Source: a virus. Taken from it: a stretch of 64,000 nt of DNA. Location: positions 26,323 through 90,322 of the IMG/VR virus record IMGVR_UViG_3300032282_002699, one strand, 5' to 3'. The notes under the pieces were generated by a model. That model was not told the origin of the DNA and made no database searches. It saw only the letters and a list, made by a program, of their open reading frames with translations. This document shows positions 9,622-19,455 of this stretch, piece after piece; positions within the stretch are counted from its first letter, which is position 1, and every line of letters begins with the position of its first letter. Both the position numbers and the translations under genes were made by a program.

Positions 9622-12507
9622 ATGAGACTTACAGAACTTGGTTATCCTGTCATTTCTAACGAAGCTCATGATAAGATTTTCGGGTCTGAGTCTCTAAGAG
9701 AGATGACCACGGAAGAGAGGTGGAGAACTGAGAACCTGTTGGAAAGATTTGGTATTAAGGTTCCGGTTGACTATCCTGAAAACCTTTACAATGGTCCGTT
9801 GCCTTTACCCGATCTAAAGGCAGGAAACCTCATGGATCACTTCAACAAGGTTGCTGAAGAGCAGGTTGGCAAATACAAGAAACTTGGTGATAGACTTAGT
9901 AGGTGTGATCTACCCAAGGCTCCAACTGTCAAGGACTTCATTTATCAGCCTGGGTGGACCCGGTATGAATGGGTATGGGGTGAAGGTGAGTTTAGAAAGG
10001 AAAGGGTGCCTTACCCGTTGGAGGAAGCATTCACCTTTGACACAGAGACCTTCGTGTATGAGGGGGCTTATCCTATCATCGGCACCGCAGTGTCAGACAA
10101 GGCTTGTTACATCTGGTTAGCTTCAGAGCTTATCGACCTTACTATAAAGAGAGAGGACTGGGATCAGTTCAAGATGATTCCGGTTGGGAAGGGGAGATTC
10201 ATCGCCGGTCACAACATTTCCTACGATCGTGTTAGAACCAGGGAGGCGTATAGCCTAGATAACACCGAGCCTGAGAACTTCTTCTTTGATACCCTATCTG
10301 CCCATGTCGGCGTTTCAGGTCTGGCCAGCGGGCAAAGGTGGCTATTCACCCTAGCTGATAAGAGCCCTGAAGACATGACCAGCTCTGAGAAGAGTCTTCT
10401 TAGAAGATCCCCTGAGTGGTTCGATAAGGGGTCAACTAACAGCTTGGTAAAGTGTTACAACTTCCATGTTTGCAAAGAGCAGTTCTTCTCTGAGTTTGAG
10501 CCTATGGACATAGGTGAGAAGCGCATTAGAGACGTTTTCGTAGTCTCTGAGTACCTGTCTGAAATTGCGGCTGTCATGGATCAGGTGGTTGACTACGCCA
10601 TGAAGGACGCTGTTTATACGGCTAGACTGTTCCAGGCACTATGGCCTAAATACCTGGACAGTACGCCGTCTATGGTGGCTCTTTGCGGTCACTACCACCT
10701 CAACGGATCCATCGTCCCTCTGGTGGACAACTGGTCCGATTGGATTGTGGAGGCGGAACGGGTGTACCAAGAGTATAACAACGAGATGACAGGCTTGTGC
10801 CGTGAACTCTTACAAAAGACCTATTCAGAGTGGAGGGCCATTGTTGAGAGTTGTGAAGATGTGAAAGAGGGGCTTGAGAAGGCCAACGAGTGGGTTTCTA
10901 GTGATCCTTGGAACCGACAGCTAGATTGGAAAATAAAGACTTTTAAAGGGAAGTACGCAAAGATCCCCAACTGGTACCGGGATTTTGTTAAGGAGCCAGA
11001 CCTACATATTGGGGTTAAATCCAAGCTCTCTCACTTCCTGCTCAAGCTTAAGTACAAAGGGACTCCTTTGTTGTTTGAGAAGGGAATGGGATGGTGCTTC
11101 ACGGATGAGGGTGGAGACATTGCTAAAATACCTCACCCTAAGGGGACTGGGGAGAACGTAGGTGGAGTTCTTAGCAAGGACTTTGTACAGGACATGGAGG
11201 TGGGTAGGTTGAGCAGTGACCTACCTGAGGCTAAACGAGCCTTGGAAATTGCCAATGCTATCTCATACTGGACTTCCGTAAGGAAAAGGGTGATGAACCG
11301 CATTGTTACCCCTGCTGAGAATCCTTATGGTAAGGATGCCCTGGTCACCCTACCAGAAATCCTGTGTCATGGCACCGTGACCCGTAGGACAGTGGAAAAC
11401 CTGTTCGTGACCATGTGTTCTACCAAGAACTGGAGGATCGGGACAGAGCTAAAGACTAGGGTTGTTGCCCCGGAAGGGTGGAAGATCGTGGGGGCTGACT
11501 TTGACGGGCAAGAAATGCAGGTTGCGTCTATTTACAGTGATAAGTGGGAGGGTGGGTTCATTGGGTGCTCGCCATTCGGGTATAACGTCCTGAGCGGCTC
11601 TAAGGAGTCTGGCACCGATCCCCATACTGCCTTGGCCAGGGCCATCATGCCCGAGTTGTTTGTAGGACTCACCTGGGATAAGAAGCTGGGGATTTGTGAA
11701 ACTATCAACGGGGAGCTTACCCCTGTATCACCGGAAAGGAAAAAGGAGCTGTCAAAGGCCAGGGATCTTGCTAAAGTTGTAGGGTTCACAACCCTCTACG
11801 GGGGAGGGGCAAAAGCTATCCAAACCTATATCCGTAAGATTTATCCCGACAAGACCGAAGCTGAGGTGGAACAGTTTGCCCGCACCGCCCTTAAGACCAA
11901 AAAGGGCACTATGGACGGGGGCTTATACTCTGGAGGATCTGACTCAGGCTGCTTCAACTTCATGGAGGAGATTGCCCTGCGACAAGAGGTTTCCACCTTG
12001 CCTTGCCTGGGTACCAAAATCTCTACGGCAATGCGCAAGAAAGCTGTGGCGGACGACTTCAAGACTGGTAGAGTCAACTGGACCATCCAATCCTCAGGGG
12101 CAGAAATCCTATCAATCATCTTGACTTCGGTTCACTGGTTAGCCAAGGAATACAAGATCCCCTGCCGCTTTGTCCTGAGCATCCATGATGAGGTGTGGTT
12201 TATGACTCCGGAGAGGTATGCAGAGCAATTTGCTGTGTTATTCCAGATCGCACACGTATACACATGGTCATTGTTCCATAGCAGAGTGGGTATACCTGAA
12301 TTGCCCCTAAGTAGAGCTTATTTCTCATCCGTAGCTATTGACAACAGGATTAGGAAGTCTCCAAAGGAATGCACGGTATCCCCGTCAAACCTCAATGGAG
12401 CTGAGGAGCCTAATGGGGTAGAACACTCCATGACCGAACTTTCGGAAATAGGGGCAATAAACAAACTGACTACCAGACTGAATGCGATAAAGAGTGGGCT
12501 GATTTAG
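9622..12507 (+). CDS. polA: Family A DNA polymerase, mitochondrial Pol gamma-like
   Basis: Exonuclease motifs FDTET, GHNISYDR, YAMKD; polymerase motifs VGADFDGQE, RDLAK..GF..LYG, SIHDE; POLG-type blocks GTVTRRTVE..RIGTELK and RVNWTIQSSG. Confidence 0.92.
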   Translation: MRLTELGYPVISNEAHDKIFGSESLREMTTEERWRTENLLERFGIKVPVDYPENLYNGPLPLPDLKAGNLMDHFNKVAEEQVGKYKKLGDRLSRCDLPKAPTVKDFIYQPGWTRYEWVWGEGEFRKERVPYPLEEAFTFDTETFVYEGAYPIIGTAVSDKACYIWLASELIDLTIKREDWDQFKMIPVGKGRFIAGHNISYDRVRTREAYSLDNTEPENFFFDTLSAHVGVSGLASGQRWLFTLADKSPEDMTSSEKSLLRRSPEWFDKGSTNSLVKCYNFHVCKEQFFSEFEPMDIGEKRIRDVFVVSEYLSEIAAVMDQVVDYAMKDAVYTARLFQALWPKYLDSTPSMVALCGHYHLNGSIVPLVDNWSDWIVEAERVYQEYNNEMTGLCRELLQKTYSEWRAIVESCEDVKEGLEKANEWVSSDPWNRQLDWKIKTFKGKYAKIPNWYRDFVKEPDLHIGVKSKLSHFLLKLKYKGTPLLFEKGMGWCFTDEGGDIAKIPHPKGTGENVGGVLSKDFVQDMEVGRLSSDLPEAKRALEIANAISYWTSVRKRVMNRIVTPAENPYGKDALVTLPEILCHGTVTRRTVENLFVTMCSTKNWRIGTELKTRVVAPEGWKIVGADFDGQEMQVASIYSDKWEGGFIGCSPFGYNVLSGSKESGTDPHTALARAIMPELFVGLTWDKKLGICETINGELTPVSPERKKELSKARDLAKVVGFTTLYGGGAKAIQTYIRKIYPDKTEAEVEQFARTALKTKKGTMDGGLYSGGSDSGCFNFMEEIALRQEVSTLPCLGTKISTAMRKKAVADDFKTGRVNWTIQSSGAEILSIILTSVHWLAKEYKIPCRFVLSIHDEVWFMTPERYAEQFAVLFQIAHVYTWSLFHSRVGIPELPLSRAYFSSVAIDNRIRKSPKECTVSPSNLNGAEEPNGVEHSMTELSEIGAINKLTTRLNAIKSGLI

Positions 12508-12750
12508 TTCAACATCGCCTTTGGTGGAATAGTCAGATTTACAACTAGATAAAATGACTAAGAAACCAAGGGTTAAAAGACAAAGGGCCCAGAGCGTGAT
12601 TATGCACGAGTGTAAAACCAAGGCATCTTCTTTCTGGCACCCATCACCGTTTGATAAGAAGAACAAGTTCATACCTTCCTCAGTGGACTGCCTCTTCAAT
12701 CAAGAATACTTCAGTATGGACGAAGCAGCCAATATGCTTAGGTCGCTATA

Positions 12751-12996
12751 ATGCCCTTCCCTCTTCCCCGGAATCCCGATTTCATCAAAGAGGTTGTGAG
12801 TTCCTGGATAGACGACGTAGATGATAGGTTGCTTTTTGGTGACCTGGACGGGGCTAGGTTAAGCCTGCAAACGGCACATAGGTTATACCTGTCCCTCCCG
12901 GCTGGGGCAGGGGACACTCTTTTGGAAGAAGGTCTTGTAAAAGCTGGGGTAAACATAGAACAGCATTCTCAAAAACAATATGCGAACTGTAACTGA
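12751..12996 (+). CDS. hypothetical protein
   Basis: ORF track; translationally coupled with neighbours. Confidence 0.55.
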   Translation: MPFPLPRNPDFIKEVVSSWIDDVDDRLLFGDLDGARLSLQTAHRLYLSLPAGAGDTLLEEGLVKAGVNIEQHSQKQYANCN

Positions 12997-13327
12997 GCAA
13001 CAACCAACTCCCGCACTTGAAGTGCCACCTATTCCGGTAACCCCTCCTACAACTGTGGAAACCTTTAGTGCCACCTTAAGGAGTGGCAAGGTTGTTACTA
13101 TTAGAGAAATGACTGGAAAGGATCTTGTCCACATTGAAGAGGAACTTGTCAACATGGGGGAAACTAGAAGAAGTTTCCACATTATTGAGCTTCTAAACGT
13201 AGGAGAGAATAAGTATTCTTACGAGGACATCGAGTCCCTCGGGGTTAGGGACATTAAAACCATCTCCGACCTAATAGGTAAGGCCAATGGGGATACTGCT
13301 GATTCCGAGGAAAGTCCCCCAAAGTGA
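12980..13327 (+). CDS. putative tail assembly chaperone
   Basis: LRSGKVVTIREMTGKDL...EDIESLGVRD pattern; sits at the start of the tail module. Confidence 0.5.
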   Translation: MRTVTEQQPTPALEVPPIPVTPPTTVETFSATLRSGKVVTIREMTGKDLVHIEEELVNMGETRRSFHIIELLNVGENKYSYEDIESLGVRDIKTISDLIGKANGDTADSEESPPK

Positions 13328-13749
13328 CGGTGGTTGACCTTGAGGACTTCTCCTATAAGGTAACTTTCAACTCCTATGGCCCTTTTCACATACGTGAGAT
13401 AAAGCCTAAGGATCTATACTTAGCCCAAATACTCAGGAACGAGGATAAGAACTACCTACCTTTGATGCTCCGGCTTATCCAAAACAAGGAGATGCTGGGA
13501 TTAGTCCCATCCAGGATATTTAGACTAATGACCATCTGGGTTATGGAAAACGTCATGTCAGACAGCATCATGACTGTTGAAAATTGGATGGAAGTTGCTT
13601 TCCATTTATGTAAACAAAGGTGGGATTCCTCAATAGACTGGCTGGAAAATCAGCCTATGAGTAAGATCAAGCTCATGGTAGATATCAACAGGAAGTTCGC
13701 TCAACAACAGGAGGAGGACATGAAAAAGGCATCCAAGAGGAAGAGATGA
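13324..13749 (+). CDS. hypothetical (possible tail chaperone partner)
   Basis: GTGA overlap with the upstream gene. Confidence 0.55.
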   Translation: MTVVDLEDFSYKVTFNSYGPFHIREIKPKDLYLAQILRNEDKNYLPLMLRLIQNKEMLGLVPSRIFRLMTIWVMENVMSDSIMTVENWMEVAFHLCKQRWDSSIDWLENQPMSKIKLMVDINRKFAQQQEEDMKKASKRKR

Positions 13750-14144
13750 TTTCTATAAGGTTTGAGGGGAGGTTTAGGCCCCTTAAGACAAACTGGTGGT
13801 TACCCACTAAGAAGGAATGGGCCCCCACCCTCATGGAAGATAACCGTGAAATCTGGCCTAAAATGGTCTCTGCTGATGGTAAACCCTGGAAGTCCTTGTC
13901 ACCAAGTTATCAAAAATGGAAAACCGAGACCTTCGGACCTGGACCTATTTTGGAAGAAACTGGCGAAATGTTGAACCGGGCTTCCCTTAACGTCAGAGGC
14001 AACAAGTTTGTAGTCGTGACTAACGAAGAGGGTGTCTATAACCAGTTCGGAACCAGAAAGATGCCAGCTAGACCCTGGATGGGGGTGCCCAATAAGTCTC
14101 TAAACAAGCTCTCTGAGCTAGCAGTTAAACACATTTTATCCTAA
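13746..14144 (+). CDS. Phage virion morphogenesis / tail completion protein (Mu gpG-like)
   Basis: GKPWKSLS...ILEETGEM...YNQFGTRKMPARPWMG. Confidence 0.75.
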   Translation: MISIRFEGRFRPLKTNWWLPTKKEWAPTLMEDNREIWPKMVSADGKPWKSLSPSYQKWKTETFGPGPILEETGEMLNRASLNVRGNKFVVVTNEEGVYNQFGTRKMPARPWMGVPNKSLNKLSELAVKHILS

Positions 14145-14153
14145 TTATTACTT

Positions 14154-14549
14154 ATGGCAAGACGTCGTAGCAGTTCATCAGAAGAACAAGAAATGGAGAA
14201 TAGCGACCCGGTGACCATTACACCTGAGTTAGAAGAGTCTCCTGTAGCAGAATCACCAGCGGTAGAGCCAGTTAAAGCGAGTGACCCCACTGCCCCGGCT
14301 GTGCTGGAACTAAGGGTAGGGTCCACTGAAAACAAGTTGCCTGAGAAGCTCAGCAAGGAGAAAATCGAAGCCTCAGTTAAAGAGAAACTGTCCAGGAAGA
14401 CTGATGACCCTAACTCAAACCCATTTGTCCCCCAAACCCAACTAGAGAACGAAGTTAAAGAGGTAGCTAAGGCTAAAGGGTTCCCCCTTTCCCGTGGTAC
14501 TGAAATTGGAGCCAGACTATTGGCCAGATCAAGGAGAAAGGACGGGTGA
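14154..14549 (+). CDS. hypothetical protein
   Basis: ORF track. Confidence 0.6.
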   Translation: MARRRSSSSEEQEMENSDPVTITPELEESPVAESPAVEPVKASDPTAPAVLELRVGSTENKLPEKLSKEKIEASVKEKLSRKTDDPNSNPFVPQTQLENEVKEVAKAKGFPLSRGTEIGARLLARSRRKDG

Positions 14550-14905
14550 ACACCTTTACTTTCTCACCAAACTTTACATGGAGGAAGGCAGGTTTTCTTT
14601 TCCTGTCTAACTCCCTCTCTTACCGTGAGGTTTTAGATGCCAACCCTGGCTGGGACATAACTAGCAGCCCTCCCCCAGGGTCAACTCTGAAAAGACCTAG
14701 TTCTGGCAAGGTGGGTGGACTTAACATGGCTCCCATAACGACCCAGAACTTCCCAAGCCCAACTCCCGAAGTTTACTATCCCTTTAACTCCAAGGACGAG
14801 TATATCATGGCCACCATCCGGTACAGTCCCTCTGCTTTAATGGACGTTGAAAAGTGTAACGGTTATACCTCTACTTCCTCAAGGGTTCTCTCCGGTCTAG
14901 GGTAG
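14546..14905 (+). CDS. putative baseplate LysM/tail X-like protein
   Basis: TWRKAG...YREVLDANP...PPPGSTL resembles P2 gpX-type proteins; immediately upstream of the sheath gene. Confidence 0.45.
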   Translation: MNTFTFSPNFTWRKAGFLFLSNSLSYREVLDANPGWDITSSPPPGSTLKRPSSGKVGGLNMAPITTQNFPSPTPEVYYPFNSKDEYIMATIRYSPSALMDVEKCNGYTSTSSRVLSGLG

Positions 14906-14958
14906 TTTTATAGAGAGAAAGTTGCCAACCTTGCAGTTGGGTAAAACTATACTGCAAA

Positions 14959-15030
14959 CCCAAACCTTTGGCCTACGGGCACCACCGCTGGATACATCCT
15001 CGCCAGCACAAAGGAGGGAAAAAGGAGGAT
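14959..15030 (+). promoter_or_regulatory. Structured 5' UTR of tail sheath (3-way junction, potential SD pseudoknot)
   Basis: CCTTTG/CAAAGG, GCC-TACG-GGC and GCTGG/CCAGC stems; loop ATCCTC is complementary to GAGGAT in the AGGAGG element. Confidence 0.55.
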
Positions 15031-15042
15031 TAACTAAATAAA

Positions 15043-18000
15043 ATGGCAACCTTTTCTTTTGGAGTCGCCCCTGGCGCACCCGGAACCTATATCAATGAGT
15101 CAGTCGGAAACGTTGCAGCCGCAGCTATCGCCTCATTCAGCACTGTTTACATGCTGGTTGAAACTGAGGAAACTGTATCTGTAACTAACTTCCCATACAA
15201 CAAGCCTATGATGGTAACATCTGTGGCTGACTATAAAGCTTTAGTCGGAGGAGTAATACCTGATTCTGGTATCCCCCTACTCAGCTACAATTGCGTCAAC
15301 TCCTTCTTCCAGAATGCCCAGGTGGGCGATCTGAGGGTAGTCCGTGTTGGAACCCCTAACCAGATCGTAGAGATTGAGATCCTTGCTTCTGGTACGAAGA
15401 TTAGCAACTCTGGTATCCCTTCCCCCTTAGAGGCAGGCGATATTGTCTATGCTCAGCTTCTCCTAAACAACCTGAAGCTAGTTGCTGGTGACGGGTCAAC
15501 CGGGTACTCCTCTTCAGGGGATTGGTACGGTGTTCCTGTCACAATCCCTGTTGATTACATTGCCGGAGATACTGTCAATAACAGGAAGATTTCAAAGGCT
15601 ATCGCTGATGCCATTTCAGGCGCCATCGAAAGCAACCCAAGTGTGAGAAGTTCAGTCTTTGTCAGAGACTACGGTCTTCTTGTAGACCTAGACTCTACTT
15701 CAACTTCAGAGAACGCTTTTGTAAGCATCGCCGCTACAACCTATGGTGGCAGCCTGTCGGTAGTGACTCAGCAGAACCCAGTGGGCTCTAAGTCAATGCT
15801 CATGAACAACACTTACGATGTTCAGAACATTGTGGGCTTAGAGGGTAACCTAGTGCGGGTTCCCCAGGACTACATCCAGTGCATCAGCACTGCATTTGAC
15901 GGTCAGCAAGACCAGGGCTACCTAATCACTCCTACCGCTTATGCCCAGTTTGACACGACTGGAAGGGCGGCTGTTGGAGCTGCTGCCGCTGCTCATTGCC
16001 AGAGCAATGACTTCAAGTGGATGGCTCTAGCTGACCCCGGTCCTTTCCTAATTACGGACGTTAACAAGTATAGCACCTATGCTCCTCATCTACCTGCGGA
16101 TGATCTGGAAACCGGTAAGAAGTACCTTGTTGATAATGCTATCTATGAGTGGACTGGTGTCGATGTTTCCTACGATAAACTGAGGTACCAGGCAATCATC
16201 GGCGGCTATGACCCCAAAGTGGCTGTTCAGCAGTCTGTGGAGGCTGTTGGAGCTGGTGAAAAGGTGGGGGCTATTGACCCTGGAACATTCACCCTTTCCT
16301 CTGAGTCACCTTATGCAGAGGACGGTAAGTTCATTATTACCTCATCAAGCGTTTGGCCCGCAGGACTCCAAATCATGGAGGTTAACCTGTCCAATAAAGG
16401 GGCTGATTTCGCTTCTCTAGGGGATCAGGTATACATCGTAGCACCTCCTTACGATTCTGCCCAATACGGCCCTTACCCCTCTGACGGATCAACTCAAATC
16501 GTTTACATCGCTACATCTGCAACCGCAGCTTCTAGCGTGTATAACGAGGTAGTGTCCCAGGGTGGTAGCGACCTAACGTCTTCAGCCCCCGTTGATTGCT
16601 TCTCCGTTTCTTCACCCGTTGGTTCAACCGTTGAAGCCTCTTACGGAACCCCAAGCTGGGATCTAGGCGCTCAGATCAACATTAACGGTCAATCATCTAA
16701 CCTGATCCAGAACATCAGCGACACCGAGAGCTACTATGTGAACACCACTCACATTCCTGGAACTCTCCAAGACTCCACCAATGATTATCGCCTAGGTTTT
16801 GTCAGCAGAACGCTGTTCAACCCTCAGGACGTAATCTCCTCTACCACCATCGGAGGAAACTCCTATTGCCTGTTCACTTGCGACAACCACAAGCTTGTAA
16901 ATGGTCAACAGGTATTCTTCACAAGAGCAATCAAGTACAACTCAACCACTGTATTTAAGGCCACCTCTCAAGCTAGCGTTAACCCTTACTACGTTAAGGC
17001 GATTGATCTCAACACCTTTGTGTTGGCATCTTCGTACTCTAACTACTTAGCAACTAGCTATGTGACCTACCCCGGTGTTATCACCACCGTAACCCCCTCA
17101 GTTCTCTACTCCAAAATTACCGGAGGAGAGCTAACCGCCATCAACCTTGGTGAACTATCCACCATCACGATGACGAGAGGACGTAAGTTCGGTCTTGCAA
17201 GTGGGTCTATTGCTAATACTGCTTATGACACTGACGAAGGGGCGGCCCAAACCCCCCCTAGCGTTTCCATCTACATGAACAACAGCTCTGTTGTCCTCGG
17301 AAATGAGCAGATATTCCCATACGGTGAGGACATCAATGCTGGTTGGCAGCCCACCCTTGAGCTGGTCAACTACGGCACATCAACCACAGAGATTGAAAAC
17401 TTCGTCTGCACCCCAACGGTAGATCAAAGGTACGGATCTGAGGCTTACCTCGTTCCTTCCATTGACGCTATTTACGGTGGTGAGTACGACCCATCCATGA
17501 TGAACACTACTGGCCCTCTTGAAACTGTTGGAAATCTCTCCACAGGGGCTGTGGCAAAGCCTACAGGCACATACCAAAATGTTGCCGTGTCGGGTGGTTC
17601 AGGAACCGGTGCAAAAGCCACTGTCGTAGTTGACGGTGCCCAAGAAGTTGTGAGCGTAACAATCACGGACGGAGGCTTAAACTACTCAGTGTCTGACACT
17701 GGGCTTGGTTTAAGTGACGGATCCCTGTACTCAGGCTTCACGATGGATGCAGCTACTGTCATGGTTCCTGCCGGTCCTCTATCCTCAGTTACTAACTTAG
17801 ACGCTGGTGCTGTTTCTCAAGCTGCGGGTACTTACGTTGACGTTGAAGTGACAGGCGGTTCAGGCACCGGAGCCAAAGCCACTGTTGTAGTAAGCGGTCT
17901 CAACGTAGTCACAAGCGTTGTTATCACTACGGGTGGAACTGGCTATGAGCAAGGTGATACGGGTCTAGGCCTCTCGGGAGCCGGGTATTCCGGTTTCACT

Positions 18001-19170
18001 ATGGACGTCTCGGAGATCGCTAGTGGATACGCAACGTCACTTTCTGACTACGCTATTGCTGCTGGTGTTGTAGATGGGGTTTCCGGAGAGAGACTCGGTG
18101 ACCTGAAAGACACCCTTCTAGGCGTGTATTTCGACGTTACGGCAGACGGCTTGGCTCCAGACGGTACCCAGTCAGTTGTTTCCGGCGATCGTGTTGCCGT
18201 TGTGTATAGCGGATCTACCTACTCTTGGGCAGTTGTTCCTGCTGACTACCTGGGCGGGGACATGAGTTCTGTGGCACACGTTTGCTACGGCGCTCAAGTC
18301 GAAATCTCACTGACTCAGGAGCAAGCACCTCCTAGCATCCTGTGGAGATTCGATGCAATCACCTCTACCGAGATCATGGACAATGCCCTAAGGGGTGTTG
18401 GGTTCAATGGCGAACCTCAAGCCGTGTTTATCGAGGCTGGTGTTGACAATGTAAACCGCCTGTATGAAGATAGCCAACGCTACTTCAACGCATTCGGATT
18501 CATTGCCTACTACGGTTCTTACATCTACAACGCATCCGGTCAGTACATCCCACCAACCCCGTATGTCACTGGCGTGGCTATCCGCCGCTACCGTGCAGAA
18601 GGGTTCCAGTTCCCACCGGCTGGCGTCAAGTATCAGCTTGCTGATGCTATCTCTGTTCAGATTCCGGTGAACTCCGCTCAGCAGAACCTGCTCAACCCTG
18701 ACGGATGCAACGTTGTTAGAACCCTGCCTGGCTACCCCGATACTTCAGTGTTCATCTGGGGTGGTAGAACTAGGGTAAACAGTGATGTAGCCGATCAGCG
18801 CAAGTTCCAGTTTGTGAACACCCGTGTGATTCAGAACGTTGTTTATGGCTCACTGAGGAGCGCTTTCGACAACCAGATATTCTCTATCGTTGATGGGTTT
18901 GGGGTAGTATTTAACCAGATTGTTTCCATCGGAAACAGTGTCCTGGGTCAGCTATGGTCTTCCGGAGCCCTATTCGGTGCAAGACCTTCAGATGCCTTCC
19001 AAGTCATCTGCGACAACCGCATTAACACTTCCGAGAACCTGGAGAACGGCCTCGTATACGTTAAAGTATTCGACGTCCCCGTCCCAACTCTTGAAAGAAT
19101 CGAGGTTGACCTGATCAGGGTGTCGGTTGGCCAAATGAACAAGGAGCTTGAATCTCAAGGTCTTTCCTAA
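15043..19170 (+). CDS. Contractile tail sheath protein with large insertions (1375 aa)
   Basis: N-terminal APGTYINE...FFQN; C-terminal PPAG, LNPDGCNVVR, IWGGRT, FVNTR, ICDNRIN, VPVPTLERI. Confidence 0.9.
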   Translation: MATFSFGVAPGAPGTYINESVGNVAAAAIASFSTVYMLVETEETVSVTNFPYNKPMMVTSVADYKALVGGVIPDSGIPLLSYNCVNSFFQNAQVGDLRVVRVGTPNQIVEIEILASGTKISNSGIPSPLEAGDIVYAQLLLNNLKLVAGDGSTGYSSSGDWYGVPVTIPVDYIAGDTVNNRKISKAIADAISGAIESNPSVRSSVFVRDYGLLVDLDSTSTSENAFVSIAATTYGGSLSVVTQQNPVGSKSMLMNNTYDVQNIVGLEGNLVRVPQDYIQCISTAFDGQQDQGYLITPTAYAQFDTTGRAAVGAAAAAHCQSNDFKWMALADPGPFLITDVNKYSTYAPHLPADDLETGKKYLVDNAIYEWTGVDVSYDKLRYQAIIGGYDPKVAVQQSVEAVGAGEKVGAIDPGTFTLSSESPYAEDGKFIITSSSVWPAGLQIMEVNLSNKGADFASLGDQVYIVAPPYDSAQYGPYPSDGSTQIVYIATSATAASSVYNEVVSQGGSDLTSSAPVDCFSVSSPVGSTVEASYGTPSWDLGAQININGQSSNLIQNISDTESYYVNTTHIPGTLQDSTNDYRLGFVSRTLFNPQDVISSTTIGGNSYCLFTCDNHKLVNGQQVFFTRAIKYNSTTVFKATSQASVNPYYVKAIDLNTFVLASSYSNYLATSYVTYPGVITTVTPSVLYSKITGGELTAINLGELSTITMTRGRKFGLASGSIANTAYDTDEGAAQTPPSVSIYMNNSSVVLGNEQIFPYGEDINAGWQPTLELVNYGTSTTEIENFVCTPTVDQRYGSEAYLVPSIDAIYGGEYDPSMMNTTGPLETVGNLSTGAVAKPTGTYQNVAVSGGSGTGAKATVVVDGAQEVVSVTITDGGLNYSVSDTGLGLSDGSLYSGFTMDAATVMVPAGPLSSVTNLDAGAVSQAAGTYVDVEVTGGSGTGAKATVVVSGLNVVTSVVITTGGTGYEQGDTGLGLSGAGYSGFTMDVSEIASGYATSLSDYAIAAGVVDGVSGERLGDLKDTLLGVYFDVTADGLAPDGTQSVVSGDRVAVVYSGSTYSWAVVPADYLGGDMSSVAHVCYGAQVEISLTQEQAPPSILWRFDAITSTEIMDNALRGVGFNGEPQAVFIEAGVDNVNRLYEDSQRYFNAFGFIAYYGSYIYNASGQYIPPTPYVTGVAIRRYRAEGFQFPPAGVKYQLADAISVQIPVNSAQQNLLNPDGCNVVRTLPGYPDTSVFIWGGRTRVNSDVADQRKFQFVNTRVIQNVVYGSLRSAFDNQIFSIVDGFGVVFNQIVSIGNSVLGQLWSSGALFGARPSDAFQVICDNRINTSENLENGLVYVKVFDVPVPTLERIEVDLIRVSVGQMNKELESQGLS
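17512..18009 (+). repeat. Tandem ~85-aa duplication within the sheath
   Basis: GPL..V.NL..GAV....GTY..V.V.GGSGTGAKATVVV...V.IT.GG..Y...DTGLGLS...YSGFTMD occurs twice. Confidence 0.85.
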
Positions 19171-19185
19171 TAAACTGAGTGAGTT

Positions 19186-19455
19186 ATGAGCAAGGAACTA
19201 AATCTACAAATTCCTGACTCACTCTTTAACTCTCTAGAAATGAGAGCCAAAGGGCAGGGTGTTTCAATAGAGGCACTCTGCCTTTCCCTATTGGATGGTG
19301 GGGGCAAGTTAGTAGAACCTGTCCTTTACTCCTCTATGGCTAATGGTGAGTTGAGAGCAGAGATAGGTCGGGTACTGGGAAGCAGCCTGCCCAAAGAAGA
19401 GATTAGGAAGAGGGTAAGAACTTTAGAGACCCAGATCACAAGATTTATCAAATGA
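19186..19455 (+). CDS. Ribbon-helix-helix-like small protein
   Basis: LNLQIPDSLFNSLEMRAKGQGVSIEALC (HicB/CopG-like RHH pattern). Confidence 0.55.
   Translation: MSKELNLQIPDSLFNSLEMRAKGQGVSIEALCLSLLDGGGKLVEPVLYSSMANGELRAEIGRVLGSSLPKEEIRKRVRTLETQITRFIK

Noticed and set aside
13300-13330. Programmed frameshift between the tail chaperone-like ORFs
   Set aside because: CCCCCAAAG near the stop is only weakly slippery, and a GTGA start/stop overlap explains the junction.
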